From NCBI GenBank assembly GCA_963833225.1, contig CAWHXD010000008.1:768001-832000 (forward strand): a stretch of 64,000 bases of DNA. The letters are read 5' to 3'. Positions within the stretch are counted from its first letter, which is position 1, and each line of letters begins with the position of its first letter. Below the pieces are notes generated by a model that saw nothing but the letters and a program-made list of their open reading frames with translations, was not told the origin of the DNA and searched no databases. The DNA is from an uncultured Chloroflexia bacterium. Lineage in GTDB: Bacteria; Chloroflexota; Limnocylindria; Limnocylindrales; CSP1-4. The position numbers and the translations under genes were made by a program. This document shows positions 39,908 through 50,917 of the stretch, piece by piece.

Positions 39908-41557
39908 GTGGACGTCGTGCTCGTTGGCCTCCCCGGGTCCGGCAAGACCGCGATCGGGCGCCGGCTGGCCAACCGCCACGGAGCCACGTTCGTGGATCTC
40001 GACGAGCGGATCGAGACGGCGGCGGGCCGGCGGATCCCGGAGATCTTTGCCGAGGACGGCGAGGCGGCGTTCCGCCGGCTGGAGCGCGAGGCCGTGGCCG
40101 GCCTGGGCCCGGCCGATCCGGAACCCGGGATCCGGCGGGTCATCTCGCCGGGTGGCGGCGCGGTGGTGGATCCGCGCAACCGGTGGCTGCTGTACCGGGG
40201 ACGGGTGCCCATCTGGCTTGACGTCCGGCCCGAGGTCCTGGCGCAGCGGCTCCGGCGTTCGCCGACCGTCCGGCCCCTGATGCAGGGCGGCGATCCGCTG
40301 GGCCGCATCCGCCACCTCGCGGCGGCACGGGAGCGGTTCTATGCAGCCGCGCACCGGCTCAACGGCCTGGCCGAGGTCCGGTCCGTGATCGACGTGGCGG
40401 ACGGCATTGCCGCCCGGGGCCCGTCCGCCTCGACGACGCTGCTCCGCGCCCAGACGGCCATCGGCGAGCTGATCGTCGGGGAGCACGTGGCGGCGGACGG
40501 GGTCGGCGCCGCGCTGCGCCAGCTCGGTGCGGCGCGCGCGGTCCTGGTGTCGGAGCCGGGGGCGTGGGCGGCCGTCGGTGAGGGCCTCGCCGAGGAGCTG
40601 CGGGCCGCCGGCTGGCCGGTGGAGACCGTCATGCTGCCGGCCGGCGAGGACGCGAAGCGCGTTTCGGTCATCGGGGAGGCGGCGCGCGAGCTGGCGCGCC
40701 TCCACGTGGAGCGCCGGGAGCCGCTGGTGGCAGTGGGGGGCGGTGCCCTCGGGGACCCGGCCGGGTTCCTCGCCGCGACGTACCTGCGCGGGGTGCCCTG
40801 GATCGGCGTCCCCACCACGCTCGTCTCCCAGGTGGACAGCTCGATCGGGGGCAAGACGGGCGTGGACCTGCCCGAGGGCAAGAACCTGCTGGGGGCGTTC
40901 CACCACCCGTCCGCGATCATCCTGGACGTGGCGGCCCTCCGCCCGCTCCCGGAGCGCCAGCGCCGGGCCGCCCTGGGGGAGATCGTCAAGATGGCGGCCC
41001 TCGGCGACGAAGCCCTGTTCGCCACGCTGGAGGCGGACGGCGAAGCGGTCGCGTCGGGCGCCGACGGGGTGTTCGAGAGCGGGGCGATGGCCGAGGTCGT
41101 GGAGCGGCCGGCATGGGCCAAGGTCCAGGTCGTGGCCGCGGACGAGCACGAGAGCGGGGCGGCCGGCGGGCGGATCACGCTCAACCTGGGGCACACCGTC
41201 GCCCACGCGCTCGAGGCGGTCGATGGCTACGCCAGCCTGCTCCACGGTGAGGCCGTGGCGTATGGCACACGCGCGGCGGTGCGGATCGGCGAGGCGCTGG
41301 GCGTGACCCCCGCCGCCCGGGGCGCGCGGATCGAGGGCCTGCTGACGCGGCTCGCCCTGGGCACCGCGCCGCTCCCCTATCCGCTCGAGGCGGTGGTCGA
41401 GGCCACCTTGACCGACAAGAAGCATGCCGGCGGCCGGCTGCGCTGGGTCCTCCCGACCGGGGATGGAACCACCGTGCGCGACGACGTGCCGGCCGATGTC
41501 GTGGCCGAGGCGGTGCGCGGCGTGCTCGCGGGCGTCCCGGCGGGGGCCGGCGCGTGA
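39908..41557 (+). CDS. aroKB: Bifunctional shikimate kinase / 3-dehydroquinate synthase
   Basis: GLPGSGKT then PTTL, DSSIGGKTG, LNLGHT, HGEAV, DKK in one ORF. Confidence 0.92.
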   Translation: MDVVLVGLPGSGKTAIGRRLANRHGATFVDLDERIETAAGRRIPEIFAEDGEAAFRRLEREAVAGLGPADPEPGIRRVISPGGGAVVDPRNRWLLYRGRVPIWLDVRPEVLAQRLRRSPTVRPLMQGGDPLGRIRHLAAARERFYAAAHRLNGLAEVRSVIDVADGIAARGPSASTTLLRAQTAIGELIVGEHVAADGVGAALRQLGAARAVLVSEPGAWAAVGEGLAEELRAAGWPVETVMLPAGEDAKRVSVIGEAARELARLHVERREPLVAVGGGALGDPAGFLAATYLRGVPWIGVPTTLVSQVDSSIGGKTGVDLPEGKNLLGAFHHPSAIILDVAALRPLPERQRRAALGEIVKMAALGDEALFATLEADGEAVASGADGVFESGAMAEVVERPAWAKVQVVAADEHESGAAGGRITLNLGHTVAHALEAVDGYASLLHGEAVAYGTRAAVRIGEALGVTPAARGARIEGLLTRLALGTAPLPYPLEAVVEATLTDKKHAGGRLRWVLPTGDGTTVRDDVPADVVAEAVRGVLAGVPAGAGA

Positions 41558-41934
41558 GCGGCGAGGACGGGCGCGTGCCCCGTGAGCGTCGCGGCGGGTC
41601 CCGGCGGACCCTGCCCAGCAACGCCGAGCGCGAGGCCGCGACAGCGGAGCTGGCGTTGATCCGTGACCGGATCGACGAGCTGGATCGCCGGATCGTGGAG
41701 CTGCTCACCGAGCGGGCCGTGCTGGGGCGCGCCGCCGGCCGGGCGAAGCACGTCGCCGGCCGCCGCACGGTGCGGGACTTGGAGCGCGAGCGCGAGGTGC
41801 TGCTCCGTGTCGCCATGGCCAACACCGGCCCCCTCTCGCAGGCCGACCTGCTGTCGATCTACCGCCGCATCGTCGCCGCGAACGTGCACCTGGAGTCGCG
41901 CGACCGGACCCATGACGGCCCGTCCGACGCCTGA
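41554..41934 (+). CDS. Chorismate mutase (AroQ)
   Basis: IRDRIDELDRRIVELLTER...DLERE. Confidence 0.88.
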   Translation: MSGEDGRVPRERRGGSRRTLPSNAEREAATAELALIRDRIDELDRRIVELLTERAVLGRAAGRAKHVAGRRTVRDLEREREVLLRVAMANTGPLSQADLLSIYRRIVAANVHLESRDRTHDGPSDA

Positions 41935-42904
41935 CGACGGGGGCGAGCTGCTCGTCCCGCCGGTGACCGGGGCGGCGCTCCCGGACGCCCGTGCGCTGCC
42001 CGCCACGCCCGTCACCCGGTTCGCGCCGGCCCCGACCGGACATCTGCACCTGGGTCACCTCGTGAACATCCTGTACACGTGGGGCATCGCCCGCGCGACG
42101 GGCGGGCGGGTCATCCTGCGCATCGAGGACCACGATCGCCAGCGCTCGCGCCCCGCGTACGAGACCGCCCTGCTGGAGGACATCGAACGCCTGGGCGTGG
42201 CGCCCGACGAGCCCGCGGGCGGGATGGCGGCGTTCCGCGCCGGTCCCACCTCCTACCGGCAGTCTGACATGGGCTCGGCGTACGCTGCCGCCCTGGAGAC
42301 CCTGCGCGCGCAGGGTCTCGTGTACGCCTGCGACTGCACCCGGTCCACGGCCGCGGCGTCCGCCGCGAAGCGCGGCCACCCGTGGCGCGGGGTCGGCTGT
42401 CCGGGCGGTTGCCGTGAGCGGGCCCTCCCCGAGGATGGTGACGTGGGTCTGCGAGTCTCGGTGGGCGCGGGCACCGAACGCTGGCTGGACCTGCTGGCGG
42501 GACCCATGGCCGACGAGCCCGCGGCCGGCGGCGACCTCCTGGTGCGAGACCGCGTCGGCAACTGGACGTACCCGTTGTGCGTGGTGGTGGACGACATCCG
42601 CCAGGGGGTGGACCTCGTCATCCGTGGCCGTGACCTGCTCGACGCGACGCCCGTCCAGCTGCGGCTGGCCCGGCTCCTCGGACGCGAGCGGGTGCCACAC
42701 TACCTGCACCACCCGCTGATCCGGCGGGCTTCGGGTCAGAAGCTGTCCAAGGCGGAGGGCGACACGGCAGTTCGTACCTTGCTCGACTCGGGCCGCACCC
42801 CGGCCGACCTGTTCGGGTTCGCCGCGCGATTGGCCGGGCTGCGTGAACCCGCGGTGCCCCTGGAGCCGGCCGATCTCGGATCGCTGTTCGGCGCCGGCCG
42901 ATGA
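41912..42904 (+). CDS. gluQ: Glutamyl-Q tRNA(Asp) synthetase-like (GluRS catalytic domain only)
   Basis: RFAPAPTG, HLGH, RIEDHD, CDC, VIRGRDL, KLSK; no anticodon-binding domain. Confidence 0.8.
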   Translation: MTARPTPDDGGELLVPPVTGAALPDARALPATPVTRFAPAPTGHLHLGHLVNILYTWGIARATGGRVILRIEDHDRQRSRPAYETALLEDIERLGVAPDEPAGGMAAFRAGPTSYRQSDMGSAYAAALETLRAQGLVYACDCTRSTAAASAAKRGHPWRGVGCPGGCRERALPEDGDVGLRVSVGAGTERWLDLLAGPMADEPAAGGDLLVRDRVGNWTYPLCVVVDDIRQGVDLVIRGRDLLDATPVQLRLARLLGRERVPHYLHHPLIRRASGQKLSKAEGDTAVRTLLDSGRTPADLFGFAARLAGLREPAVPLEPADLGSLFGAGR

Positions 42905-43360
42905 CCGGGAAACCGCTGCTCCTGCTCGACGTGGATGGGGTGCTGGTCGTCGTCCCCGCTGAGTCCGACGATGTCGACGCGGAGCCTGCCCTCACACTGC
43001 CGCCCGAGGCGGGCGAATGGTTCGCCCAGCTGGCGGAGGCGTTCGATCTCACGTGGGCGACGACGTGGGTCGAGCTCGCGAACCGGGTCATCGCCCCGCG
43101 GCTCGGGCTGCCCCCGCTGCCCGCGATCACGTTCCGGATGGACGAACGGGTGCCCACGCCAAAGCTGCGGAGCGTGATTGACTCGGTCGGCGATCGACCC
43201 TGTGCGTGGGTGGACGACGACCTCCACGAGGACGCCGACACCTGGGCCGCGGGCCGGGGGGCGCCCACGCTCCTCGTGCACATCGACGGCGCCCGGGGCA
43301 TGGACCGCCGTCACGTCGACCGGCTGCTCCACTGGGCAGTGACGCTCCGCCGACGACTGA
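42901..43360 (+). CDS. HAD-domain protein (Swiss-army-knife RNA-repair-like HAD); 3' end by indel
   Basis: LLDVDGVL, WATTW, AWVDDD. Confidence 0.7.
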
Positions 43361-43406
43361 CCCGATCCCGCGGTGCCGGTCCGGGGCAGTCGTCACCGAC
43401 GGGCCG

Positions 43407-45082
43407 TCACCGGGGCGGCGGCACCAGCTCAGGCCCGCGCGTCCACGCCGGGCCTTCGAACAGCTCCGGGCCGGTGGGTCAGCACGAGGAGCGTGCGGCC
43501 GGTGGTGGCGGCGGGGAGATCCGCGATGAATGCGCGGGCCGCGGTGTCGTCGAGGTGCTCGGTGGGCTCGTCGAGGACGAGGATCCGGACGTCGGCGAGC
43601 AGGGCCCGCGCGAGCGCCAGGCGCTGACGCTGACCGCCGGACAGCCGCGCCCCGTGCTCGCCGACCGCGGTCTCGAGGCCGTCGGGCAGCGACCGGACCC
43701 AGTCGAGCAGTCGGGCCTGGGCGAGGGCGTGTTCGAGCTCGGGGACCGGGGCGCCGGGTCGCGCCAGGCGCAGGTTGTCCGCCACGCTGGCATCGAAGAT
43801 GTGCGGGTCCTGCTCGCACAGGCCCACGGCCTCGCGGACCGCGTCACCGGGGATCGCGCGGACGTCCGCGGGTCCGATCGACCCGACCAGCGACAGGCTC
43901 CCCGCGGCGGGCTCGAGGAACCGGAGACAGGCGGCGGCGAGGGTGCTCTTGCCAGATCCGCTTGGGCCGGTGACCACGAGACGGCCGCCCGCGCGCAGGT
44001 CGAGGTCCAGGCCGGCGAGCGCGGGTCCGGTGGCGCCCGGGTAGGCGACCGTCAGCCCGGCAGCGCGCAGCCCCAGCGACCCCACGGGCACCGGCACCGC
44101 CCGCTCGGGCGCTGGATCCGGCACGGGATCGGGCCGGCGCAAGATGTCGAGCACGCGCCGCGCCGACGACGCAAGGCCGGGCAGCAGGCGGGCCGACGGG
44201 GCGAGCGGCGCCACCACCTCGTGGACGGCGATCGGGGTGAGCGCCACGACGGCGAGCGCCACGCCGCCGAGGTGCCCCTCGCGGACGGCCTCGATCCCGA
44301 GCACCAGCGCCGCCCAGACCGAGGCGCCCGACGCAAGCGAGGCCACCAGCCCGCTGACCCCGGCCCCGGCCGCCGACCGCCGCTCGGCCGCCGCCAGCCG
44401 GCCATCGACCACCCGGACCACCGCCATCGCCCGCGGCACCGCGCCCGCGGCCATGAGCTCCGGCGCGCCGTGCAGCAGGTCCAGCGCGGTGTCGGCGAGG
44501 TCGCCGCGCGCGGGAGCCAGGCGTCCCTCGGCCCGGCGCGAGACGACACCGGCAGCGAGGGGGGCCACCAGGGCGGTGAGCAAGCAGGCTCACCGCGAGG
44601 GCAATCCCCGCCGCCGGTACCAGCCACCCCACGAGCGCCACGGTGGCGACCGCCACCAGGATGCGCCGAGGCATACGGCAGCAGGACCCGCAGCCAGAGG
44701 TCGGCGAGGCCGTCGACGTCGCCCACGAGCCGCGCCATCAGGTCGCCCGACCGCAGCTCCGCGAGGCCCGCGGGCGCCAGCCGGGCCAGGCGCGCGTAGG
44801 CGGTCCCGCGCAGCTCGGCGAGCACCCGGAACGCGGCGTCGTGGGCCGCCAGCCGCTCCGCGTACCGGAACACGCCGCGCGCGATGCCGAACGCGCGCAC
44901 GGCGGTGATCGCCGCGAGCAGGGTCAGCATGACCGGCTGCTCCGCGGCGCGACTGATCAGCCACGCGGAGGTAGCCGAGAGCCCGATGGCCGCGCCCGCC
45001 GCGCCGACCCCGGCGAGCACGGCGAGGACCAGCCGCCAGCGGACCGGCCGGCCGACTGCAGGATCGCGAGCAGCGCCCTCAC
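43407..45082 (-). CDS. cydC: Thiol reductant ABC exporter CydC, with indels
   Basis: SAWLISRAA, RGVFRYAERL, GPSGSGKS, LSGGQ, LDEPTEHLD. Confidence 0.88.
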
Positions 45083-46786
45083 GCCGGCGGCCTCCCCCGC
45101 GACCGCATGGTCGGCCACGGCGCCCGTGACCGACGCGCGGATCGGCCACGGACCGATCGGCCTCGGCCACGGCACCCGGCCGATGGGCCACCACCAGCAC
45201 CCCGGCCCCGGCGCGCGCCGCGTCGCGGAGCACGGCCAGCACCGCCGCCTCGGCGGCCTCGTCCAGGCCCGCGGTAGGCTCGTCGAGGAGCAGGAATGGC
45301 GCCCGCCGCAGGAGCGCCCGCGCGATGCCCACCCGCCGGCGCTGCCCGACTGGACAGCCCGCGACCGCGCTCCCCCAGCAGTCCGCTCGGGCGGGACATC
45401 GGCGAGACCGACGCGCGCGAGCACCTCGGCGACCTCCGCGTCCGAGGCGTCGGGGCCGGGCAAGCCGGACGTTGTCCGCCACGGGGCCCGGGAACAGGAA
45501 CGGGACCTGGGGCACCCAGGCCAGGCGCGCCCGCCACGCGCCCCCGTCGAGTCGCCCGGACGTCCGTCCGGCGCCATCGGCCGACCGGACGAGCACCCGC
45601 CCGGCGGTCGGCTCCAGGAGGCCCAGGATCACGGCGAGCAGGGTGCTCTTGCCCACGCCCGATGGCCCGGTGACGGCCACCAGCTCGCCCGGCCGCAGGA
45701 CGAGCGAGGCGCCTCGCAGGGCGCCAGCAGGTCGCGGCCGGGCTGGGCCACGGAGATGCCCGCGACGACGAGCTCCGCGGCGGGCTCCGGCAACGGCTGC
45801 GTCCCGGCCATTCCCGCTTGCCCGGCCGGCTCCTGCGCATCGATGATCGCGAACGCCTTCGCGGCCGCCGTGACGCCCTCCTCGGAGGCGTGGAACTCGG
45901 CGCCCAATCGACGGAGCGGGAGATATGCCTCGGGTGCCAGGATCGAGCGCGAACAGGCCCACGTGGAGGCTGAGCTCGCCGACGGCCAGCCGGAGCCCCA
46001 CGCCCGACCGCGACCAGGGCGACGGAGATCGTGGCGAGCAGCTCGAGCACCAGCGCGGAGAGGAACGCGACCCGGAGGGTGGCCATCGTCGTGGACCGGT
46101 ACCGGTCCGTGATCCCGCGCAGGATCGCCACCTGGGCGTCGGCCGCCCCGTAGGCTCGCAGCGTCGGCAGGCCGGACACCACGTCGGTGAACCGGTGCGC
46201 GAGGCGCCCGAGCATCGCCCAGCGGCGGTCCCGGTGGGCCGCCGACAGCCTCCCGATCAGGATCATGAACACCGGGATCAGGGGCACCGTGACCAGGACG
46301 GTGAGCCCCGCGACGGCGTCCACCCAGAACAGGCAGACCACCACGGCGAACGGCACGATCGCTCCCAGCGCCAGCTGCGGGAGGTAGCGCCCGAAGTACC
46401 CGTCGAGCGCGTCGAGGCCGCGGGTCGCGAGAAGCGCGATCTCCGCGCTTGGCTGGTCGGCGGCCCAGCGCGGACCCATGGTCGCGGCCCGCTCGAGGAG
46501 CTGCACCCGGAGGGCGGACTTGACCGCGCCGCTGATCCGCTGGGCGACGACGTCCGTCGCCCAGCCCAGGAGCGCCCGCAGCAGCAGGACCACGCCCAGC
46601 GCCGTCAGCGGCCCGCGCAGCCCCTCGATGCCCAGGCCGCCCGCGAACGCGCCGCTGATCGCGGTCGCGAGGAGCCAGGCCTGCGCCACGGCAAGCAGCG
46701 CGGCCGCCATCCCGAGGGTGACGGCCGCGAGGAGCGATCCCGGTCGCGACACGACCGGCGGCGAGGAGCCGGCGATGGGGGCTCAC
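45079..46786 (-). CDS. cydD: Thiol reductant ABC exporter CydD, several indels
   Basis: LDGYFGRYLPQ, TLRVAFLS, LAPEAYLPLR, GPSGVGKS, LDEPT. Confidence 0.88.
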
Positions 46787-46814
46787 GGATGGCCGTGGGG
46801 ACGCGGCCGCATGG

Positions 46815-47817
46815 TCAGGCCTCGACGCCCGCCCGCGGGGTGGTCACCCGCTTGCGGAACACGTAGTACGTCCACCCCTGGTAGATGAGCACGATCGGCA
46901 CGAAGATCACCGCGACCACGGTCATGATCCCCAGCGTATACGGCGTGGACGCCGCGTTCGTCGTGGTCAGGCTGAACGCCGGGTCCGTCGAGGACGGCAT
47001 GACGTCCGGGAACAGGGCGAGGAACAGGCTCGCGACGGCAAGCCCGAGCGTCAGCGCGGACGCGGCGAAGGCCAGGGCCTCTCGCCGGATCCACGAGGCG
47101 CCCAGCGCCGCCAGCCAGGCGACGGCCGCGAGGACGGCTACGACCGTGGACAGCACGTCGCCACGGATAGCATTCGCCCACAGCAGGAACGCCACGGCGG
47201 CCACGGCGGTGACCAGGCCGACCGGGACGGTCAGGCGGCGGGCCCGCTCCCGGATCTCGCCCTCCGTCCGGAGGGTCAGGTACAGGAGCCCGTGGGTCAC
47301 GAACAGCAGCAGCGTCGTGACGCCGCCGAGCAGCGCGAACGGGTTGAGCAGCGTGAGCAGCGAGCCCGTGAACTGCTTGTCGGCGTCGATCGGCACCCCG
47401 CCCACGATGTTGCCGAAGGCGACGCCCCACAGCAGGGCCGGCAGGAAGCTGCCGAATGCCGATGAGCAGGTCCATCCGCGACCGCCATCGGCCGTCGCCG
47501 CGCTTGTTGCGGTACTCGATCCCGATCCCGCGCACGATCAGCGCGACGAGGATCAGGAACAGGGCGAGGTAGAAGCCCGAGAACAGGGTCGCGTACCACT
47601 CGGGGAACGCGGCGAAGGTCGCCCCGCCGGCGACCAGGACCCACACCTCGTTGCCGTCCCAGACCGGGCCGATCGTGCGGATCATCGCCCGACGCTCGGG
47701 CTCGTTGCGGCCGATGACGTGGAGCAGGATGCCGACGCCGAAGTCGAAGCCCTCGAGGACGAAGTAGCCGATCCAGAGGACGGCGATCAGCGCGAACCAG
47801 ATGGTCGTGAGTTCCAT
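46815..47817 (-). CDS. cydB: Cytochrome bd oxidase subunit II; frameshift near 47460
   Basis: EGFDFGVG, PVWDGNEVW, FAAFP. Confidence 0.95.
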
Positions 47818-47826
47818 GCCGTTCCC

Positions 47827-49227
47827 CTAGTACCCGAGCCCGAGCGCCGGCTCGGCCTCGTGCTCGAACCCCGTGTCCGAGGCGGGCTCTGGGAGCCCCT
47901 GGCGGACCCTCCGGACGACCAGGCCCAGCATCACCAGGGCCAGCGCGCCGTACAGGATGGTGAACCCGATCATCGTGACCAGCACCATCAGCACGCTGTT
48001 GTTGGGCGACACGGCGGGCGCCGTGTTCATCAGCCCGAACACGATCCACGGCTGCCGGCCGACCTCGGTGAAGATCCAGGCGAACGAGTTGGCCGCCAGC
48101 GGCAGGAACGGCAGCAGGATCGCCGCCGTGACGGCTCCCCGGCCGGGCAGGCGACCCTTGCGCATCGCGAACAGGAACCAGGCCGCCGCGAGCGCCGCCA
48201 GCGCGCCCGCGCCGATCATCCAGCGGAACGTCCAGTAGGTGACCGGCGTGTTGGGCGTGTAGTCGCCCGGTCCGTACTTGGCCACCTCCTAGGCCTGCAG
48301 GTCGTTGATGCCCTCGACCTTGCCGTTGAAGTCGCCGGTCGCGAGGAACGAGAGGACGTACGGGATCCGGATCGAGAACACGTTCGCGCTCCCGTCGAGC
48401 GTGCCGATCGTGAAGATCGAGAACGAGGCCGGCTGCTGCGTCTCCCACAGCGCCTCGGCCGCGGCCATCTTCATCGGCTGCTGCTCGGTCATGATCTTGC
48501 CCTGGATGTCACCGGTCACCGCGACCAGCAGGCCGGAGACGAGGACCATGATCGCGCCCGCCTTGGCGGTCGACCGGAACGGGGCCGCCCCCTCCGGGCG
48601 GTCGCGGAGGAGCTTCCACATCGAGATGCCGGCGATGAACGCACCGGTCGTCATGAACGCGGCCGGGATCGTGTGGACGAAGGTGATGACCGCCGTGTTG
48701 TTGGTGAGGACGGCGAGGAAGTCCTTCAGCTCGGCCCGGCCGGCGGCGGCGTTGACCTCATAGCCCACCGGGTGCTGCATCCAGCTGTTGGCAGCCAGGA
48801 TGATGTACGCCGACAGGGCCGCGCCGATGGCGGCGATCCAGATCGTGGCCAGGTGGACCAATCGGGGCAGCCGGCCCCAGCCGAAGATCCACAGCCCCAG
48901 GAACGTCGATTCGAGGAAGAACGCGAGCAGCCCCTCGATGGCCAGCGGGGCGCCGAAGATGTCGCCGACGAAGCGGCTGTACTCGCTCCAGTTCATCCCG
49001 AATTGGAACTCCTGGACGATGCCCGTCACCACGCCAAGGGCGAAGTTGATCAGGAACAGCTCCCCAAAGAACCGGGTCAGGCGCAGGTACCGCTCGTTGC
49101 CTGTCCGGTGCCAGGCCGTCTGGAGGCCGGCCACGGTGAACGCGAGGCCGATCGTCAGCGGGACGAACAGGAAGTGGTACACGGTGGTGATCGCGAATTG
49201 CCACCGCGCGAGCATCAATGGGTCCAC
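47827..49227 (-). CDS. cydA: Cytochrome bd oxidase subunit I; in-frame TAG at 48289-48291
   Basis: HFLFVP, QPMKMAAAE, EVGRQPW; both parts are in the same frame. Confidence 0.92.
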
Positions 49228-49348
49228 GGGGTCAGCCCTTCCTCCCTGCGGTCAACACGAATGAATTGAGCGGGCGGCCAAGGATCGACCGAAGACGGCC
49301 CGCATGGGTGTCTCCAGCACCTATCGTGGGGACGGCGCCATCCGATAC

Positions 49349-49366
49349 ATGGTGCGAGCGAACCAT
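49349..49366. promoter_or_regulatory. 18-bp palindrome upstream of cydA
   Basis: ATGGTGCG-AG-CGAACCAT. Confidence 0.5.
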
Positions 49367-49438
49367 TTTGTCCGGCGGTCCGGCAGGGTCTGACCGGGAC
49401 CTCGGTCGGACAGGCGGGCCGCGCCATGGCGGCGCGGG

Positions 49439-50143
49439 CTACACCAGGCCGCGACGCATCCCGAGGAGCACGATCTCCAGCCGGCTGCGGGCGCCGAGCT
49501 TGCGGCCGACATTGGCGATGTGGTTGCGGGCGGTGAACACGCTGATCGACAGCAGCTCGGCGATCTCGTCGATCGTGGAGCCGGCCGCGAAATGGCGCAG
49601 CACCTCGAGCTCCCGCCTGGTGAGGGTCTCCACCATCGGCTCATCGGCGACGACGGTTGCGGGTGGCTCGCGGCGCACGACCGTGGCGGCGCGATCGGCC
49701 TCCTTGAGCAGGTGGACGACGTGGAACGCGCCGTCGCCAGCCTCCAGGACGAGCACGGTGTTGAACAGGTGCTTCGCACCGCCATCCCGGCAGTGCGCGA
49801 CAACCTCGTAGCTCGCGGTCCCGCGCCCGCGACGAGCGTTCCGGGTCACGGGGCAGTTGCGCCCGCACACGGGGTGGCCGTCCGGTTCGCGGCCCATCAC
49901 CACCTGGTAGCAGGTCCGGCCGACGGCCTCGTCAGCCGAGAACCCGAGCATCCGCTGGGCGGCGCTGGACCAGGCCACGATCCGCTGCCGGTCATCGGTG
50001 AGGAACATCCCATCGGTGGAGGCGATGCGGCCGACCCACGGGTCCTCCAGCGCCGCCGAGTCGTGGCGCTCGACCCCGCCGTCCACCGGCGCGGGCGCGC
50101 GAGCAGTCGTGCCGGTGCGTGGCGCGGCGGTGGTCCGGGGCAT
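49439..50143 (-). CDS. PAS-domain LuxR-family regulator
   Basis: PAS (IVAWSSAAQRMLGFSADEAVG) with a Cys cluster; LTRRELEVL...HIANVGRKLG. Confidence 0.9.
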   Translation of the reverse strand: MPRTTAAPRTGTTARAPAPVDGGVERHDSAALEDPWVGRIASTDGMFLTDDRQRIVAWSSAAQRMLGFSADEAVGRTCYQVVMGREPDGHPVCGRNCPVTRNARRGRGTASYEVVAHCRDGGAKHLFNTVLVLEAGDGAFHVVHLLKEADRAATVVRREPPATVVADEPMVETLTRRELEVLRHFAAGSTIDEIAELLSISVFTARNHIANVGRKLGARSRLEIVLLGMRRGLV

Positions 50144-50221
50144 GCCGGGAGTATCGGGAGCGGGGCGGACCCTGTGGCGGTCCCAATTGCCCGAAGGCGG
50201 GGGCCGGTCGGAGGGTTCGGC

Positions 50222-50869
50222 TCAGGCCGGGCCGGTGCGGTCCTCGATCTCCCAGGCGTGGTCGAGGGCGTGCCAGGCGATCCGCCGGGCCGCGTAGCGC
50301 GGCGGCCACTTCTTGCCGGCGACGGGCGAGCCGTCGGAGGGTTCCCGCAGGCGTTCGAGCATGGCGGCCCGGCAGCGTTCCACGGGCCGGCGTTCGGCCG
50401 GCGGGATCCCGAGGACCCCCGCGTAGGCCGCGTCGGCACCGTTCACGTGGTCCACGATCTTCGCCGTGTCACGGCCACCGCCGCGAGGGCCCTTGCGGAG
50501 CTCCGCCGGAGCGACTGCCGCCGTCCGGTCGAACGCGGTCCACGCGGCCTCGACCAGCCTCACGAGCCGCGCGGCGTCGGCCGCGGTCACCGGCGTCCGA
50601 TCGGCATCGGCGGGGACGCTCGGGACGCCGAACGCCGTGCCCGCGTCACCGTCGATCCGCTCCGCGACCTCCACCTGGGTCCCGTCGACGGGGAAGGCCT
50701 CACCCGCGGCCTCGGCGATGCGGGCGTAGCGCGGCAGGGCGGCGAGCAGCGCCTCGATCGCCGCGGCCTCCTGCCGGGCGCCACGGGCGAGGCCCGGCCA
50801 ATCGAGGGCGGACACGAAGACTCGCTTGGGTGTCGTCTCCACGACGACCCGGAGGCGGTGGTGAGCCAT
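50222..50869 (-). CDS. Hypothetical protein (HicB-like N-terminus, DinB-like helical C-terminus)
   Basis: ALDWPGL; IVDHV; RRIAWHALDHAWEIEDR. Confidence 0.7.
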   Translation of the reverse strand: MAHHRLRVVVETTPKRVFVSALDWPGLARGARQEAAAIEALLAALPRYARIAEAAGEAFPVDGTQVEVAERIDGDAGTAFGVPSVPADADRTPVTAADAARLVRLVEAAWTAFDRTAAVAPAELRKGPRGGGRDTAKIVDHVNGADAAYAGVLGIPPAERRPVERCRAAMLERLREPSDGSPVAGKKWPPRYAARRIAWHALDHAWEIEDRTGPA

Positions 50870-50917
50870 GGCGGGAGTATGGACCGGGACGCGACACCTG
50901 ACCGGTACGCTTGGGAC

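Noticed and set aside
39908-41557. AroK-AroB fusion as a novelty
   Set aside because: This fusion is already known from several phyla.
43407-46786. CydD-CydC fusion
   Set aside because: A GTGA stop/start overlap at 45079-45082 fits two separate genes, though indels prevent certainty.
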